From Armatimonadota bacterium (GTDB taxonomy: Bacteria > Armatimonadota > UBA10988): 64,000 nucleotides of DNA. The translations under genes were made by a program, and so were the position numbers. This document shows positions 54,408 through 64,000 of this stretch, piece by piece (within the stretch, counting starts at the first letter, position 1; each line of letters starts with the position of its first letter). Where the stretch lies: positions 1 to 64,000 of the forward strand of contig JACRKZ010000082.1 in assembly GCA_016235455.1 (NCBI GenBank), in the 5' to 3' direction. The notes beneath the pieces are model-generated. The model was not told where the DNA came from, searched no databases, and saw only the letters and a program-made list of their open reading frames with translations.

Positions 54408-56951
54408 TCACTGCCCCACGCGAAGCACGCGCGTCTCGCCCAGCGCCAGGTCGAACGACAGCGCCGGCCCTTGGCCGACCCGCGCGCCGGTCAAGGCGTC
54501 GAACACGGGGCCGGCCGCGGGCAGCGTCAGCGCCACGGTGCCGGCCTGCGCCGCATGGATCGCGGTGAATGGACCGTTGGCGTAGACCTGGCAGTCGGTA
54601 CGCGTGTAGAGATGCACCCCGGCGCGTGCCGCCGTCGCCCGAAGCAACTCGGAGCTGAGCGCGGGCGGCCCGACGAACACCGACAGACCGTCAGGTGTCT
54701 GCCGCGCGACGATCGCGGCGCTGCCGTCGGCATAGGTGGCCAGCGTCTCGGCCGGCGTGGCATCGGCCACCGCGTACAGCGGGCGAATGGCCCGGTCGGG
54801 GCCGAGAGCCTTGGTCAGTCCCCAGGCCGTGCCCGCGGGAGTGGGCGTGGCAATCGCCTTTCCCGGTGTCACGGCTAACAGTCTGAAGCCGGTTAGCTCG
54901 GCCATCGCCGTGGGTGAGACCTGCCAGCCGTCGTAGTAGCCCGGCGCCCAGCACCAGACGCGCGCCTTGCCACCCAAGGCGGTCTTGAGCTTGGCGCGCT
55001 GGGCTGCGTCGGTGACGTACGAACTGAGCAGGACCACCAGCTTGGCGTCGATACGGCCGGCGGCCAGGTCGTCCTGGAGGTACTGGCCATAGGGTGCCCC
55101 CATGCGCCCAAGCGCGGCGCGCGACTCGTAGATGGTGCCGCGACTGGCGGCTGGGGCGCCGTTGGCCAGGCGCGGCACGCTGGCTTCGTCCAAGACCGCG
55201 GCCACCTGCGGGCGGTACGGCGTCGGCTTGGTCATCAGGGCGGTGTCCAGCGCGGCGAAGGCGGTCATGTCGGCCCACAACTTGGGGTCGTTGAACCAGC
55301 CGGTGCTGCCCAGGTCCATCCACCAGGTGGCCAAGTTGCGCGTGGCCTCCTGGGCCACGTTGCGGCGCAGGAGTTGCTGCGTGTCCTCCAGCGTGTTGGC
55401 GCCTTCCTTGTCGCCGGGGAAGCCGGTCTCGCGCACCAGGTAGGTGCGGGTGTCGTCCTCGCACAGCCACATCTTGCCAGCCAGGGCAACGCTCTCGGCG
55501 GCGGTCATGACCGGGCCGCTGCCGCCAGCCTGGCGGTCGAAGTACGAGATCGGCGAGCAGAGCACGTCGATCTGCGGGCAGTCGAGCGCGCGGCGCAGCG
55601 CGTAGTGGCCCGAGATGGCCGGACCGTTGCCGATGGCGCCGAACTCGAAGATGTAGCCGTAGAAGAACACGGTCAGCTTGTTTGGCGCGGCGGCCTTGAT
55701 GGTGCGCGCCATGGCGCAGACCCAGTCGGCCATGGCCTGCTGCTGGAACGCACCGAACTCGACGATGCGCCGCTCGGCGACCGGGTCGCGCAGCAGCCCA
55801 GCGGGCGTGGCGCGGCGTTGCTCCGGCGTGGGCACGGTGGCCGTGTCGTCGCCCAGATAGCGCCGGAAGCCGGCCTGGTCGGCCGGGGCGTAGCCGTTGA
55901 GCGCATTGCCCCAGGTGTCCTCGTAGAACCACTCACCGGTGTTCTGGCCGGACGGATGGAAGCCGGCGATCTGGTCAGGGAAACGCTGCTCGAGGTGCCG
56001 GATGAGCGCGTCGAGGTTGCGGAGCGCCTCGGTCTGATAGAGCGGCGAGCAGGGCACGGCGTGGGGCGAATGGGTGCCGGCGTCCCACTTCATGGCCTCA
56101 TCGGGATGCGCGGCCAGCCACCATGCGGGCGCGTCGAGGCCGATGCGCGGGATGAGCAGCGCCTTGGGGTTGGCGGTGAGCACCATCTCGCAGATGCCGT
56201 CGACGCTGTCCCAGTTGGGCTGCTCGCCGGCCTCCTTGGGCCAGGGCAGGCCCATGGGGAAGGTCACGAAGTCGGCACCGGAGGCGCCGGCCAGGCGGAT
56301 CTGTCGGCTGAACAGGTCGCCAGGACCGCCCAGATAGACGAACATCGTGCCCGGCCGGTAGAAGGCGATGCGCACCTCGCGCTCGGGCTCGGCCTTGGCC
56401 CACAACTGCAGCCGGTAGCGGTGTCCCTTGACCAGCGCCAGATTGTGGGCATACAGATGCCAATCGGGCCAATTGCCGCCGGGCGGCGCGCTGAACTCCA
56501 TGCGCAGTCCGGCCGAGCCGTCGCGCCCGACACCGGGCTCCACGCCGCAGCGCGCCACGGTGTTCGTCGCATCGGTCGGCCAGGTGGCGAAATGCTTACC
56601 AAAGGCGGCCTGGCCATCCTCGAAGTCGGCGGCCAGCACCACGCGGCCGGCCTCCAGGTCTGTCACCTTCAAGTCGTCGATGACCACGCGGCCGCGCTGG
56701 TGGCCGAAGCGGAAGTGCATGGTGGCGATGCGCGGCTCGTCGCCCAGCGCGGTGAACACCTCGTCGATGGGTCCGCCCGCGGCGGGCAGCTTGACGGCGG
56801 ACGAGGCGGGCCCGCCATAGAACATGCGCGCGCGCTTGGGCTGGCCGTTGACCAACAGGCGCGGCGCGCCGGCCGTGGCGTCGACCTTGACGGTGAGCGC
56901 ACCAGCGAGCGAGCAGGCGGCAAGTAGGAGCACCAGGCTGGAACCGCGCAT
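54408..56951 (-). CDS. Secreted beta-galactosidase-like (GH42-like) protein with an inserted CBM4/9-like domain
   Basis: Signal peptide, GAPRLLVNG, GQNTGEWFY, IDVLCSPISY..R..GG, LCEDDTRT, WWMDL. Confidence 0.65.
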   Translation of the reverse strand: MRGSSLVLLLAACSLAGALTVKVDATAGAPRLLVNGQPKRARMFYGGPASSAVKLPAAGGPIDEVFTALGDEPRIATMHFRFGHQRGRVVIDDLKVTDLEAGRVVLAADFEDGQAAFGKHFATWPTDATNTVARCGVEPGVGRDGSAGLRMEFSAPPGGNWPDWHLYAHNLALVKGHRYRLQLWAKAEPEREVRIAFYRPGTMFVYLGGPGDLFSRQIRLAGASGADFVTFPMGLPWPKEAGEQPNWDSVDGICEMVLTANPKALLIPRIGLDAPAWWLAAHPDEAMKWDAGTHSPHAVPCSPLYQTEALRNLDALIRHLEQRFPDQIAGFHPSGQNTGEWFYEDTWGNALNGYAPADQAGFRRYLGDDTATVPTPEQRRATPAGLLRDPVAERRIVEFGAFQQQAMADWVCAMARTIKAAAPNKLTVFFYGYIFEFGAIGNGPAISGHYALRRALDCPQIDVLCSPISYFDRQAGGSGPVMTAAESVALAGKMWLCEDDTRTYLVRETGFPGDKEGANTLEDTQQLLRRNVAQEATRNLATWWMDLGSTGWFNDPKLWADMTAFAALDTALMTKPTPYRPQVAAVLDEASVPRLANGAPAASRGTIYESRAALGRMGAPYGQYLQDDLAAGRIDAKLVVLLSSYVTDAAQRAKLKTALGGKARVWCWAPGYYDGWQVSPTAMAELTGFRLLAVTPGKAIATPTPAGTAWGLTKALGPDRAIRPLYAVADATPAETLATYADGSAAIVARQTPDGLSVFVGPPALSSELLRATAARAGVHLYTRTDCQVYANGPFTAIHAAQAGTVALTLPAAGPVFDALTGARVGQGPALSFDLALGETRVLRVGQ

Positions 56952-57013
56952 CGCGTTTCTCCGTCGGAGCCCATTGGCGGCGGGGCGCCAAGCTCCTTCA
57001 TCGTCGCCCCAGG

Positions 57014-57463
57014 ATGCGCCCTATGAGCGCGGTACCCAGCTTCACGGTACGCAATGCGTGCCCCGCGAGACGCCCCCTGGTGAGCGGGCCGCTGCGCCTC
57101 ACCGCCGGCATGATCGTGGGCACCGTCCTCGCGGTCTGGCCGCTGTTCATCTGCCCTATGCCAGGCGATGACCGGGCGGACGACTTCTTCCCCGACATGC
57201 CCGACTGGCAGCAGGCCCTCCTGGCCCTGCTGCTGCTCGCGGTGGCGGTGCGCGTCACGGCGGCGGTGCTGCGCGGCTCGTGGTCGGCCAAGGGACCGCC
57301 GACTCCCGAGCCGCCGCTCAAGTGGCCGTGGATCCAAGTGGCCTGGCTACTGGTTGCGTTTGTAGCGGTCTTCTACTGTTTGGGCCTCGGCGTCGTGCTG
57401 CTGGCCGTGCTCTACCAGCTCCCGGCCCGGTTGTGGCAGAGCTTCCGGCCGGCTATCGGCTGA
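57014..57463 (+). CDS. Hypothetical membrane protein
   Basis: Several hydrophobic segments; fills the gap between genes. Start uncertain. Confidence 0.5.
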   Translation: MRPMSAVPSFTVRNACPARRPLVSGPLRLTAGMIVGTVLAVWPLFICPMPGDDRADDFFPDMPDWQQALLALLLLAVAVRVTAAVLRGSWSAKGPPTPEPPLKWPWIQVAWLLVAFVAVFYCLGLGVVLLAVLYQLPARLWQSFRPAIG

Positions 57464-58724
57464 CCGCATACGTCCGGCTCACCGCCAGCGTCGAGCCCGC
57501 GGTGACCGTCACCGTCTGGCTGGCCGGCGTGATGTAGCCGGTGGCGGCCGTGTACCTGATGGTGTGCGTGCCTGCCGCCAGGCTACCGACAACCGCGCCG
57601 CTGGCGTTGGCTGTGGTCGATGAGTCGATGGTCCACTTGGCCCCCGCCGCGATCGCCGCCGCTGGCACGAGCGTCACCTTGACCGAGCCGGCCGCCGCGT
57701 AAGTGGCCGTGGCGTTGGTGGTGCCGCCGGCGGTGATGGTCACGCTCAGGTTGGCGGGCGTCACGAAACCCGCGACCGTCGTGAAGTTCACGGTATGGGC
57801 ACCGATGGCGATGGCCGATACCGTCGTGGCACTCGGGTAGGTGGTGGCCACGCTGTCCAGCGACCATTTGGCGCCGGCATTCACCGCCGTCGCGGGCAGG
57901 ATTGTGATCTTCAGCGAGCCGGCCCGCACGTAGGTCACGGTCACACTGGTCGTCGCGCCAGGCACGACCGTCACCGTCTGGTTGGCGGGCGTGGCATAGC
58001 CGATGGCCGGCGCGAACCGCAACGTGTGCGCTCCGGCGCCGAGCCCGGTGATCGTGGCCCCGCTGCTGTAGGGCGTCGCCGCGGTGTCGAGCATCCACTT
58101 GGCGCCGCCGCCAATGGCCGCCGTCGGCCCCAGCGTGACCTTCAGGCCACCCACGGCCACGTAGGTGCCGGTCACCGCCAGCGTCTGGTTGGCGGTCACG
58201 GTGACCGTCTGGTCCGCCGGGGTCACATAGCCGGTGACCGGCGTGAATTTGACCACATGGGTGCCGACGGGCAGGCCGGTGACCGTCGCGCCGCTGGCGC
58301 GGGTAGTGGTGCTGGTGTCGAGCGTCCATTTGGCGCCCGCCGTCACTGCCGCGGCCGGCCCCAGCGTCACCTTCAGCGCGCCGACTCCCGCCACGTAGGT
58401 GCCGGTGACGGAAGTCGTCTGATTGGCCGTCACGGTGATGGTCTGTCTGGCCGGCGTGGTGTAGCCCAGCACGGGCTTGAACGCGATGGTGTGCGTGCCG
58501 GTGGCGATGTTACTGACCGCCATCCCGCTGGCGTTGCCTGTGGTGTTCGAGTCGAGCATCCAGGTGGCGCCCGCGGTCACCGCGGCGGTCGGCCCAAGGG
58601 TGACCTTTACCGACCCGACAGTCACCGCGCGGCCCGACCCGCCGCTGGCCGCGCCGTTGCCGCCGCAGCCCGCCAGGGCCAGCGCCGCGATGGTCAGCAC
58701 GCTCGTCGCGATCCGATGTCTCAT
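57453..58724 (-). CDS. Lipoprotein made of five tandem ~77-aa PEGA-like beta-sandwich repeats
   Basis: Lipobox LAGC; 5 x G.(L/V)K(V/I)T..P..A...GA.W..D...G.HT..F....G(Y/F).TPA. Confidence 0.8.
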   Translation of the reverse strand: MRHRIATSVLTIAALALAGCGGNGAASGGSGRAVTVGSVKVTLGPTAAVTAGATWMLDSNTTGNASGMAVSNIATGTHTIAFKPVLGYTTPARQTITVTANQTTSVTGTYVAGVGALKVTLGPAAAVTAGAKWTLDTSTTTRASGATVTGLPVGTHVVKFTPVTGYVTPADQTVTVTANQTLAVTGTYVAVGGLKVTLGPTAAIGGGAKWMLDTAATPYSSGATITGLGAGAHTLRFAPAIGYATPANQTVTVVPGATTSVTVTYVRAGSLKITILPATAVNAGAKWSLDSVATTYPSATTVSAIAIGAHTVNFTTVAGFVTPANLSVTITAGGTTNATATYAAAGSVKVTLVPAAAIAAGAKWTIDSSTTANASGAVVGSLAAGTHTIRYTAATGYITPASQTVTVTAGSTLAVSRTYAVSR

Positions 58725-58941
58725 TGCTCTGCCTCCACGCCTCTGCCGTTCTCTACAACGCACCGGCAGGGATCGATCTTCCGCACCGGCAGGAACGGCG
58801 GCCGCCGTATGCACTTTGGTCTTGTGACGGAGGTGTTGCGCGGCGCTGTTTCATCGCGGGTGGCCGAGGGAACGAGATCGCATAGGAGACCCGCGCCGCC
58901 AGGGCGCGGGAAGAGCACGACCGGCGCAGAGATGAGGTGCC

Positions 58942-59145
58942 GTGGTGATACAGGTGAAGGTGCGACAGAACGAGACTCTGGAGGATGCGCTCAAGCGCTT
59001 CCGGCGCAAGGTGCGCAAGTCGGGGCTGATGCAGCAGTTGCGGCGACTCGGCCACTATGAGAAGCCGAGCGACGAACGTCGCCGCAAGGACCGACTCGCG
59101 CAGAAGCGCAGCCACCAGGTCACGACCGACGGCCGAGGGGCCTAG
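58942..59145 (+). CDS. rpsU: 30S ribosomal protein S21
   Basis: VRQNETLEDALKRFRRKV...HYEKPS. GAGGTG RBS. Confidence 0.93.
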   Translation: MVIQVKVRQNETLEDALKRFRRKVRKSGLMQQLRRLGHYEKPSDERRRKDRLAQKRSHQVTTDGRGA

Positions 59146-60071
59146 CCCGCCCAGCTTTCGGCCACGCGAGCGGCGGTCGCGTCAGGCGTCAGGTGGTCGA
59201 CATCGAGCCACTCGATGCCGGGCATGGCCCGGTACCAGGTCATCTGTCGCTTGGCGAACCGCCGCGTATCCTGTTTGATGCCCGCCGTCGCTGACTCCAG
59301 ATCCGCTTCCCCCCGCACCACCGCCGCCAGCGCACGGTAGCCCAAGCCTTCGAAGGCCGGCTCGCCGCCGGTCAGACCGGACGCCAGCAAGGCTCGCACC
59401 TCATCGAGCCAGCCCTCGGCCAGCATCTGGTCCACACGCTGCTCGACTCGCGCATACAGCGCCGCGCGGTCGCGCCGCAGGCCCACCAGCCGGTAGTCGA
59501 ACGGCACCGGCCGCGTGCCTGACTGGCGGTGATGCTCACTCAACGGCATCCCGCTGACCTCGAACACCTCCAGCGCACGCACGACGCGCTTGGTATCGGC
59601 GGGCGCGATGCGCGCCGCGGTATCGGGGTCGACCTGGGCCAGCCGTTGATGCAGTGTAGGGCCACCGTGCTCCGCGGCTTCGGCCTCCAGTCGGGCGCGC
59701 ACCACGTCGTTGGCCGGCACGCTGGTCAGCGACCAGCCGGTGACGAGCGCCTTGACATACAGGCCCGTGCCCGCCACCACCACCGGTGTACGGCCGCGGC
59801 GGAGGATGTCCCAGGCGGTGGACTCGGCGGCGTGCACGAACTCGGCCACGCTGTAGGCCGCGCGTGGGTCGAGGAAGCCGACCAGATGGTGTGGGGCCAG
59901 AGCCTGCTCAGCGGGAGTCGGCGCCGCGCTGCCCACCGCCAGTCCGCGGTAGATCTGGCGCGAGTCAGCGCAGATGTACTCGGCCGAGAGCAGCGGCGCC
60001 AGCGCCACGGCGACCGCGGTCTTGCCGACGGCGGTGGGTCCCAGCAGGCAGAGGACTCGTGGTCGGCCCAT
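59142..60071 (-). CDS. miaA: tRNA dimethylallyltransferase
   Basis: GPTAVGKT, DSRQIYRG, PHHL, GTGLY, RVVRALEV, TRRFAKRQMTW. Confidence 0.96.
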   Translation of the reverse strand: MGRPRVLCLLGPTAVGKTAVAVALAPLLSAEYICADSRQIYRGLAVGSAAPTPAEQALAPHHLVGFLDPRAAYSVAEFVHAAESTAWDILRRGRTPVVVAGTGLYVKALVTGWSLTSVPANDVVRARLEAEAAEHGGPTLHQRLAQVDPDTAARIAPADTKRVVRALEVFEVSGMPLSEHHRQSGTRPVPFDYRLVGLRRDRAALYARVEQRVDQMLAEGWLDEVRALLASGLTGGEPAFEGLGYRALAAVVRGEADLESATAGIKQDTRRFAKRQMTWYRAMPGIEWLDVDHLTPDATAARVAESWAG

Positions 60072-60637
60072 CAGACGCCGAGCGTCTCGCGGGTGAGCAG
60101 CGCTTCGAACGGATAGCCGGCCTCTGCGTAGCGCTCGGCCGCGCCATCGAGCCGGTCCACGATGGTCAGCACACAGACGATCTCGGCCTGCGGTGCCGCT
60201 TCCAGCACGGGAGCGATGGCGTCGAGCGTGCTGCCGCCGGTGGTGGTGACGTCCTCGACCATGGCGATCTTGGTGATGCCGGCCAGCGACGGCCCGGCGA
60301 TGCGGTCGCCCAGGCCGTGGTCCTTGGCCGCCTTGCGCACGATGAAGCCCTGCAAGGGCCGGTCGGTGCCGGCGCTCAGCGCGGTGATCGCGCCGATCAT
60401 GGGGTCGGCGCCAATGCTCACGCCGCCCACCGCCTCGGCGCCGGCGGCCTGGATGCGTTCGAGCATCAACTCGGCCACCAGGGCCAGGCCCTCGGCCCGT
60501 AGCGTGACTTCCTTGCCGTTGACGAACCAGTGGCTCTGCTTGCCCGATGCCAGCGTGAAGAGCTGGCCTGGCGCGGCCACCTTGAGGGCGTCACGCTTGA
60601 TGCGTTCGGTCAACTGGGCCAACTTGGCGTCACTCAC
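60071..60637 (-). CDS. pyrE: Orotate phosphoribosyltransferase
   Basis: FTLASGKQS, GADP, FIVRK..KDHG, VEDVTTTGGS PRPP motif. Confidence 0.93.
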   Translation of the reverse strand: MSDAKLAQLTERIKRDALKVAAPGQLFTLASGKQSHWFVNGKEVTLRAEGLALVAELMLERIQAAGAEAVGGVSIGADPMIGAITALSAGTDRPLQGFIVRKAAKDHGLGDRIAGPSLAGITKIAMVEDVTTTGGSTLDAIAPVLEAAPQAEIVCVLTIVDRLDGAAERYAEAGYPFEALLTRETLGV

Positions 60638-60948
60638 GATGCGTTCTCCTCGGTCGATTCCAGCCAAGCGCTCAATGCGCCGCGCCCGGCCCAGATGGCG
60701 GCGATTCCGCCGATTGGCATGGTCAGTCCAAGCCACACCTTGCGGCCGGAACTGAGCGCGGGCTCGCGCCGCCAGATGCCGACCATCAGCACCAGCCGCA
60801 GCGTATACCAGGCGCCCTGCCAGGCCACCAGCAGCCAGAGCGCCTGACGCACGCGCGGGTCGCCCGACAGGTGGTAGATGCCGATCAGGCCGATGATGCC
60901 ACAGACCAGCAACGTGATGTCGACCAGCAGTCGTCGCCTGCGAGACAT
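60634..60948 (-). CDS. Small hypothetical membrane protein
   Basis: Three hydrophobic segments; 4-nt overlap with the pyrE start. Confidence 0.6.
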   Translation of the reverse strand: MSRRRRLLVDITLLVCGIIGLIGIYHLSGDPRVRQALWLLVAWQGAWYTLRLVLMVGIWRREPALSSGRKVWLGLTMPIGGIAAIWAGRGALSAWLESTEENAS

Positions 60949-61091
60949 GCTGTAGAGCGCTTGGACCTTCTCGACGCCCGGCTGCACCGCGCCTCCCGGC
61001 CGACAGCGCCAGTTGGGTGCGCCGTCTGTCACATAGTATACTCGGTCTATCGAGGGCTCCACCGCAGAGGTTGGGCTGGGAGTATTTCGCG

Positions 61092-62498
61092 ATGTTGGGT
61101 CTGCGATGGTGGGCGGCCGTGGTGATGGTGTCAGCGGTCGCCGCGTCGGCCGCAGGGGAGGAGCCGATCAAGCTGGTGCCCATGCTGCCCGCGTCCGATG
61201 GGCGGTTGGTCTGCCCCGTTGGCCTGGTGCTGCGCGGCCCGGCCGAGGGCTCCGCGGCCTTCCAGTCGGGCTCGGTGCTCGCCTGGAACGAAGCGGGCCG
61301 CGTGTTCTACCAGCAGGATCTGGACACCGCGGCGTTCACGCGCTTGACGGGTGTGTCGCGGCTGTCGTCGGGCCAGGCCGTACTGGTCACCCAGCGGCAC
61401 ACCTTCCGTGTTTCGGACCGGCCGGTGCGACTGGCCTACGTGCTGGATATGCTGTTGCCCGATGGCACCCATGACCGACAGGTGCACTGGTATGCGCTGC
61501 GGCTTGAGGCGCAGCCCCTGCCGACCTTGCCCGCCGGCCGGCCACGTTTCGAGATTCGCCCCTATCCCGACCAGCCCGAGGGCAGTCTGATGACACGTAG
61601 CGGTCGCTCGGTGTGGGCCTTCCAGGTCTGGCTCCAAGAGACCAACGGCGTGCCGGTGAAGGTCAGCTCGGTGCAGTGGCAGGCGCGCGATGGCGCGGGC
61701 CAGGTCGTGGCGGAAGCCAAGCTGCCGGCCGCCACCACCGGCGGCGCAGCGCTGGTCTGCGGGCCCGACGCCGTCACCGCTATCGCCGGCCAGCGCATCG
61801 TCGTGCCGACCGGACAGAACGCCGCCGAGTTGGCCCTGGTGGCCACGGGCAACCTGCCCAACGGCGAAGCGGTCACGGCCATGTACCGTGCGCCGCTGGC
61901 GCCGGCCCGCACCACGCCCAGCAGCTCCGTGGTCCGCCTGCCGTTCCGGGGCATCTGGCACGTCGCCGCCGCGCCCGGCCAGGCGGTGAACTTCGGCAAC
62001 CTGCAGAACGGCTGGGTCTTCGATATGCTCGACAAGGCCAAGCGGCCCTACCGCGGCACCGGTGCCCGGCCCGCCGACCACCTGGCCTTTGGCCAGAACG
62101 TGCTGGCGCCGGCCGACGGCACGGTCTCGGCGGTGAGCGCCGAGACCGACGACGCCGTCACGCCTCGGGCCGGCGGGCTGTTTGCGCCGGTGCGCGAGAA
62201 CTACGTGCTGATCGACCACGGCCACGGCGAGCGGAGCTACCTGGGTGGCCTCAGCCGAGCCGGGCTGCAGGTGGTGGTGGGCATGACCATCCGCGCCGGC
62301 GGGCTAGTGGGCCGAGTCGGCAACAACGGCGCGTTCGCCCGGCCGGCACTGACCTATCGCCTGCTGCGCGGCGCCGACGCCGTGCCCGAGTTGCTGTCCA
62401 TCGCGCCCCGGCTACAGCCGTACCGCGCCCTGGTCGGCGGCAAGTGGCAGGCCGTTGACGGCCCGCCCGAGGATGATGAGCTGGTCCAGGGCGAGTGA
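61092..62498 (+). CDS. Secreted protein with a C-terminal M23/LytM-like domain lacking Zn ligands
   Basis: LPFRGIWHV, FGQNVLAPADGTV, NYVLIDHGHGE, GRVGNNG. The expected His ligands are absent. Confidence 0.75.
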   Translation: MLGLRWWAAVVMVSAVAASAAGEEPIKLVPMLPASDGRLVCPVGLVLRGPAEGSAAFQSGSVLAWNEAGRVFYQQDLDTAAFTRLTGVSRLSSGQAVLVTQRHTFRVSDRPVRLAYVLDMLLPDGTHDRQVHWYALRLEAQPLPTLPAGRPRFEIRPYPDQPEGSLMTRSGRSVWAFQVWLQETNGVPVKVSSVQWQARDGAGQVVAEAKLPAATTGGAALVCGPDAVTAIAGQRIVVPTGQNAAELALVATGNLPNGEAVTAMYRAPLAPARTTPSSSVVRLPFRGIWHVAAAPGQAVNFGNLQNGWVFDMLDKAKRPYRGTGARPADHLAFGQNVLAPADGTVSAVSAETDDAVTPRAGGLFAPVRENYVLIDHGHGERSYLGGLSRAGLQVVVGMTIRAGGLVGRVGNNGAFARPALTYRLLRGADAVPELLSIAPRLQPYRALVGGKWQAVDGPPEDDELVQGE

Positions 62499-62651
62499 GC
62501 CGGCGCCACAGGCCACCGGTCCCCGCGGCCGCACGCGGTCAGCTTGGCCGGTCGGTGCACGTGCCCCGTGTCAGCGCCAACGCGGTTGGCCACCCCCCAC
62601 GCCGCGACTGACGGCCCCCGGCGGCGAGTCGCATCAGCGCCTCGGTCGCGG

Positions 62652-62680
62652 TTGCCAGCATCTGGGGCGCATGCTATACT
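62652..62680 (+). promoter_or_regulatory. Sigma70 promoter of the yceD-rpmF-plsX operon
   Basis: TTGCCA, 17 nt, TATACT with an upstream TG. Confidence 0.7.
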
Positions 62681-62711
62681 GCGCCGGTTCGGTGAGCGAC
62701 GGGAGACCGCA

Positions 62712-63224
62712 GTGCACCTTGTCGTCGATGAGATGCTCGTACGCGAGCGCAAAGAATGGACGGCTTGGTTTGACGAGGTGGTCGACCTGGAGGGTGATGG
62801 CACCTGGGCCGCACGTGGTTGCGGCGAGCTGAAGCTGGCGGTTGATGCCGCACGGGTTCAGGTCCGCGGGTCCGTCACGGCGGACATTCCGCGCGAGTGC
62901 GACTGCTGTCTGGCCCACTTCCTTCACACTGTCGGCGCGAAAGTGGCCGAGGTGTGCTTGATGGGCGAGGCCGAGTCGGGCGATGCGGCCTGGGATGAGG
63001 ACAATGAGGTCTGGCGGGTCGGCCTGGGTGGTCGGGTCGACGTGACCGAGATGGTCCGCCAGGCGATCCTGCTGGCCCTGCCTACGCGGGGCGTATGCGG
63101 CGACGACTGTCCACGAGCCCGCGAACTGGACACAACACAGCACGAGGCGCAGGTGGACCCGCGATGGGCTGGCCTGACGCAACTGCAGAGGATGGGAGAG
63201 GACGATGGCCGTCCCGAAGCGTAA
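62712..63224 (+). CDS. yceD: YceD/DUF177 family protein
   Basis: ECDCCL, VRQAILLALP...C..DC, VDPRWAGL. Upstream of rpmF. Confidence 0.85.
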   Translation: MHLVVDEMLVRERKEWTAWFDEVVDLEGDGTWAARGCGELKLAVDAARVQVRGSVTADIPRECDCCLAHFLHTVGAKVAEVCLMGEAESGDAAWDEDNEVWRVGLGGRVDVTEMVRQAILLALPTRGVCGDDCPRARELDTTQHEAQVDPRWAGLTQLQRMGEDDGRPEA

Positions 63225-63402
63225 AACCAGCAAGGCCCGGCACCGCAAGCGCTTTGCCACCTGGAATGGGAATGTTGAGGCCGTGAAGGTTGTGCGTTGC
63301 CGCTCGTGCGGTGGCGTGCACCGCCCCCATGTGGCTTGCCCCTACTGTGGCAACTACAAGGGCGAAAAGGTGATGGAGCCGCGCGCCAAAGAGATCGACT
63401 AG
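63205..63402 (+). CDS. rpmF: 50S ribosomal protein L32
   Basis: MAVPKRKTSKAR, CRSCG...PHVACPYCG.Y.G. Confidence 0.97.
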   Translation: MAVPKRKTSKARHRKRFATWNGNVEAVKVVRCRSCGGVHRPHVACPYCGNYKGEKVMEPRAKEID

Positions 63403-63414
63403 CGGAGGGCGCCC

Positions 63415-64000
63415 ATGCGCATCGCCATCGACGCGATGGGCGGCGACCTCGCCCCGACCGAGATTGTGGCCGGGACTCTCGAGGCGGCCTCCCTGTGGCC
63501 GGATACCGAATTCATCCTCATCGGCGACGAAACCGCTATCCTTCGGGAGATGCGGGGCTTGCGCCGGATGAACGTGCGGGTCGAACATGCGCCCGACGTT
63601 ATCGAGATGGATGACGACCCGGCGCGCGCGGTGCGACGCAAGCCCAAGTCCAGCCTGGTCCAGGCCTGTCGCCTGGTCGCCGAGGGCGAGGCCGAAGGCA
63701 TCTTCTCGGCGGGCAACACCGGCGCCGTGGCGACCGCTGCCCTGTTGGGCATCGGCCGCATCCCCGGCGTCAGCCGGCCGTGTATCTCCGTCATCCTGCC
63801 GGCCAAGACGCCGACGGGCAAGATAGTGGTGTGCGATGCCGGCGCCAATGTCGACTGCAAGCCCGAGTGGCTGGCGCAGTTCGGCACCATGGCCAGCATG
63901 TACGCCGCCGATGTGGAAGGCATTCCCAACCCCCGGGTTGGTCTGCTCAACATCGGTGAGGAGCCCTGCAAGGGCAACGCACTGTCCAAGGCGGCCTTCG
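63415..64000 (+). CDS. plsX: Phosphate acyltransferase PlsX (runs off the window end)
   Basis: MRIAIDAMGGD.AP, SAGNTGA, DAGANVD, PRVGLLNIGEE..KGN. Confidence 0.95.
   Translation, partial: MRIAIDAMGGDLAPTEIVAGTLEAASLWPDTEFILIGDETAILREMRGLRRMNVRVEHAPDVIEMDDDPARAVRRKPKSSLVQACRLVAEGEAEGIFSAGNTGAVATAALLGIGRIPGVSRPCISVILPAKTPTGKIVVCDAGANVDCKPEWLAQFGTMASMYAADVEGIPNPRVGLLNIGEEPCKGNALSKAAF

Noticed and set aside
58725-58941. Possible ncRNA or tRNA in the spacer before rpsU
   Set aside because: No cloverleaf, T-loop or recognisable Rfam consensus by eye; only short repeats.
59142-59145. Convergent genes sharing CTAG stops (also 53632-53635) and other short 3' overlaps
   Set aside because: Common in compact GC-rich genomes; no evidence of a function.

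Overview
A 64-kb, very GC-rich bacterial chromosomal window. The [24 protein letters not shown] / H-X9-DG pilin-like genes and the many very large secreted glycosidases suggest Armatimonadota or a related PVC-like lineage (inference). Housekeeping genes present: gatCAB, rpsU, miaA, pyrE, yceD-rpmF-plsX and a divergent purA. These are interleaved with accessory secreted and carbohydrate genes: 2 BNR/sialidase-fold proteins, GH2, GH42-like and unclassified glycosidases, DUF1080, 2 MFS transporters, a tandem-duplicated DUF6057 + CxxCH beta-propeller pair, 3 DUF1559 pilin-like genes, a glycyl radical enzyme and a zeta-toxin-like ATPase pair. I found no tRNA, rRNA, CRISPR array, transposase or integrase. 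Most notable observations: (1) a signal-peptide protein with a Pol-beta-type nucleotidyltransferase motif next to a secreted tandem-domain partner; (2) a PurA whose guanine-specificity motifs are replaced, behind a structured leader; (3) a glycyl radical enzyme with a GCHW cysteine loop and no activase in the window, flanked by pilin-like genes; (4) two families of REP/REPIN-like long palindromes; (5) an M23 domain lacking its metal ligands and a PAS-PocR-PAS protein with no output domain. All family calls come from recognising motifs by eye; no searches were run, and many start codons are my re-assignments from RBS and signal-peptide context.
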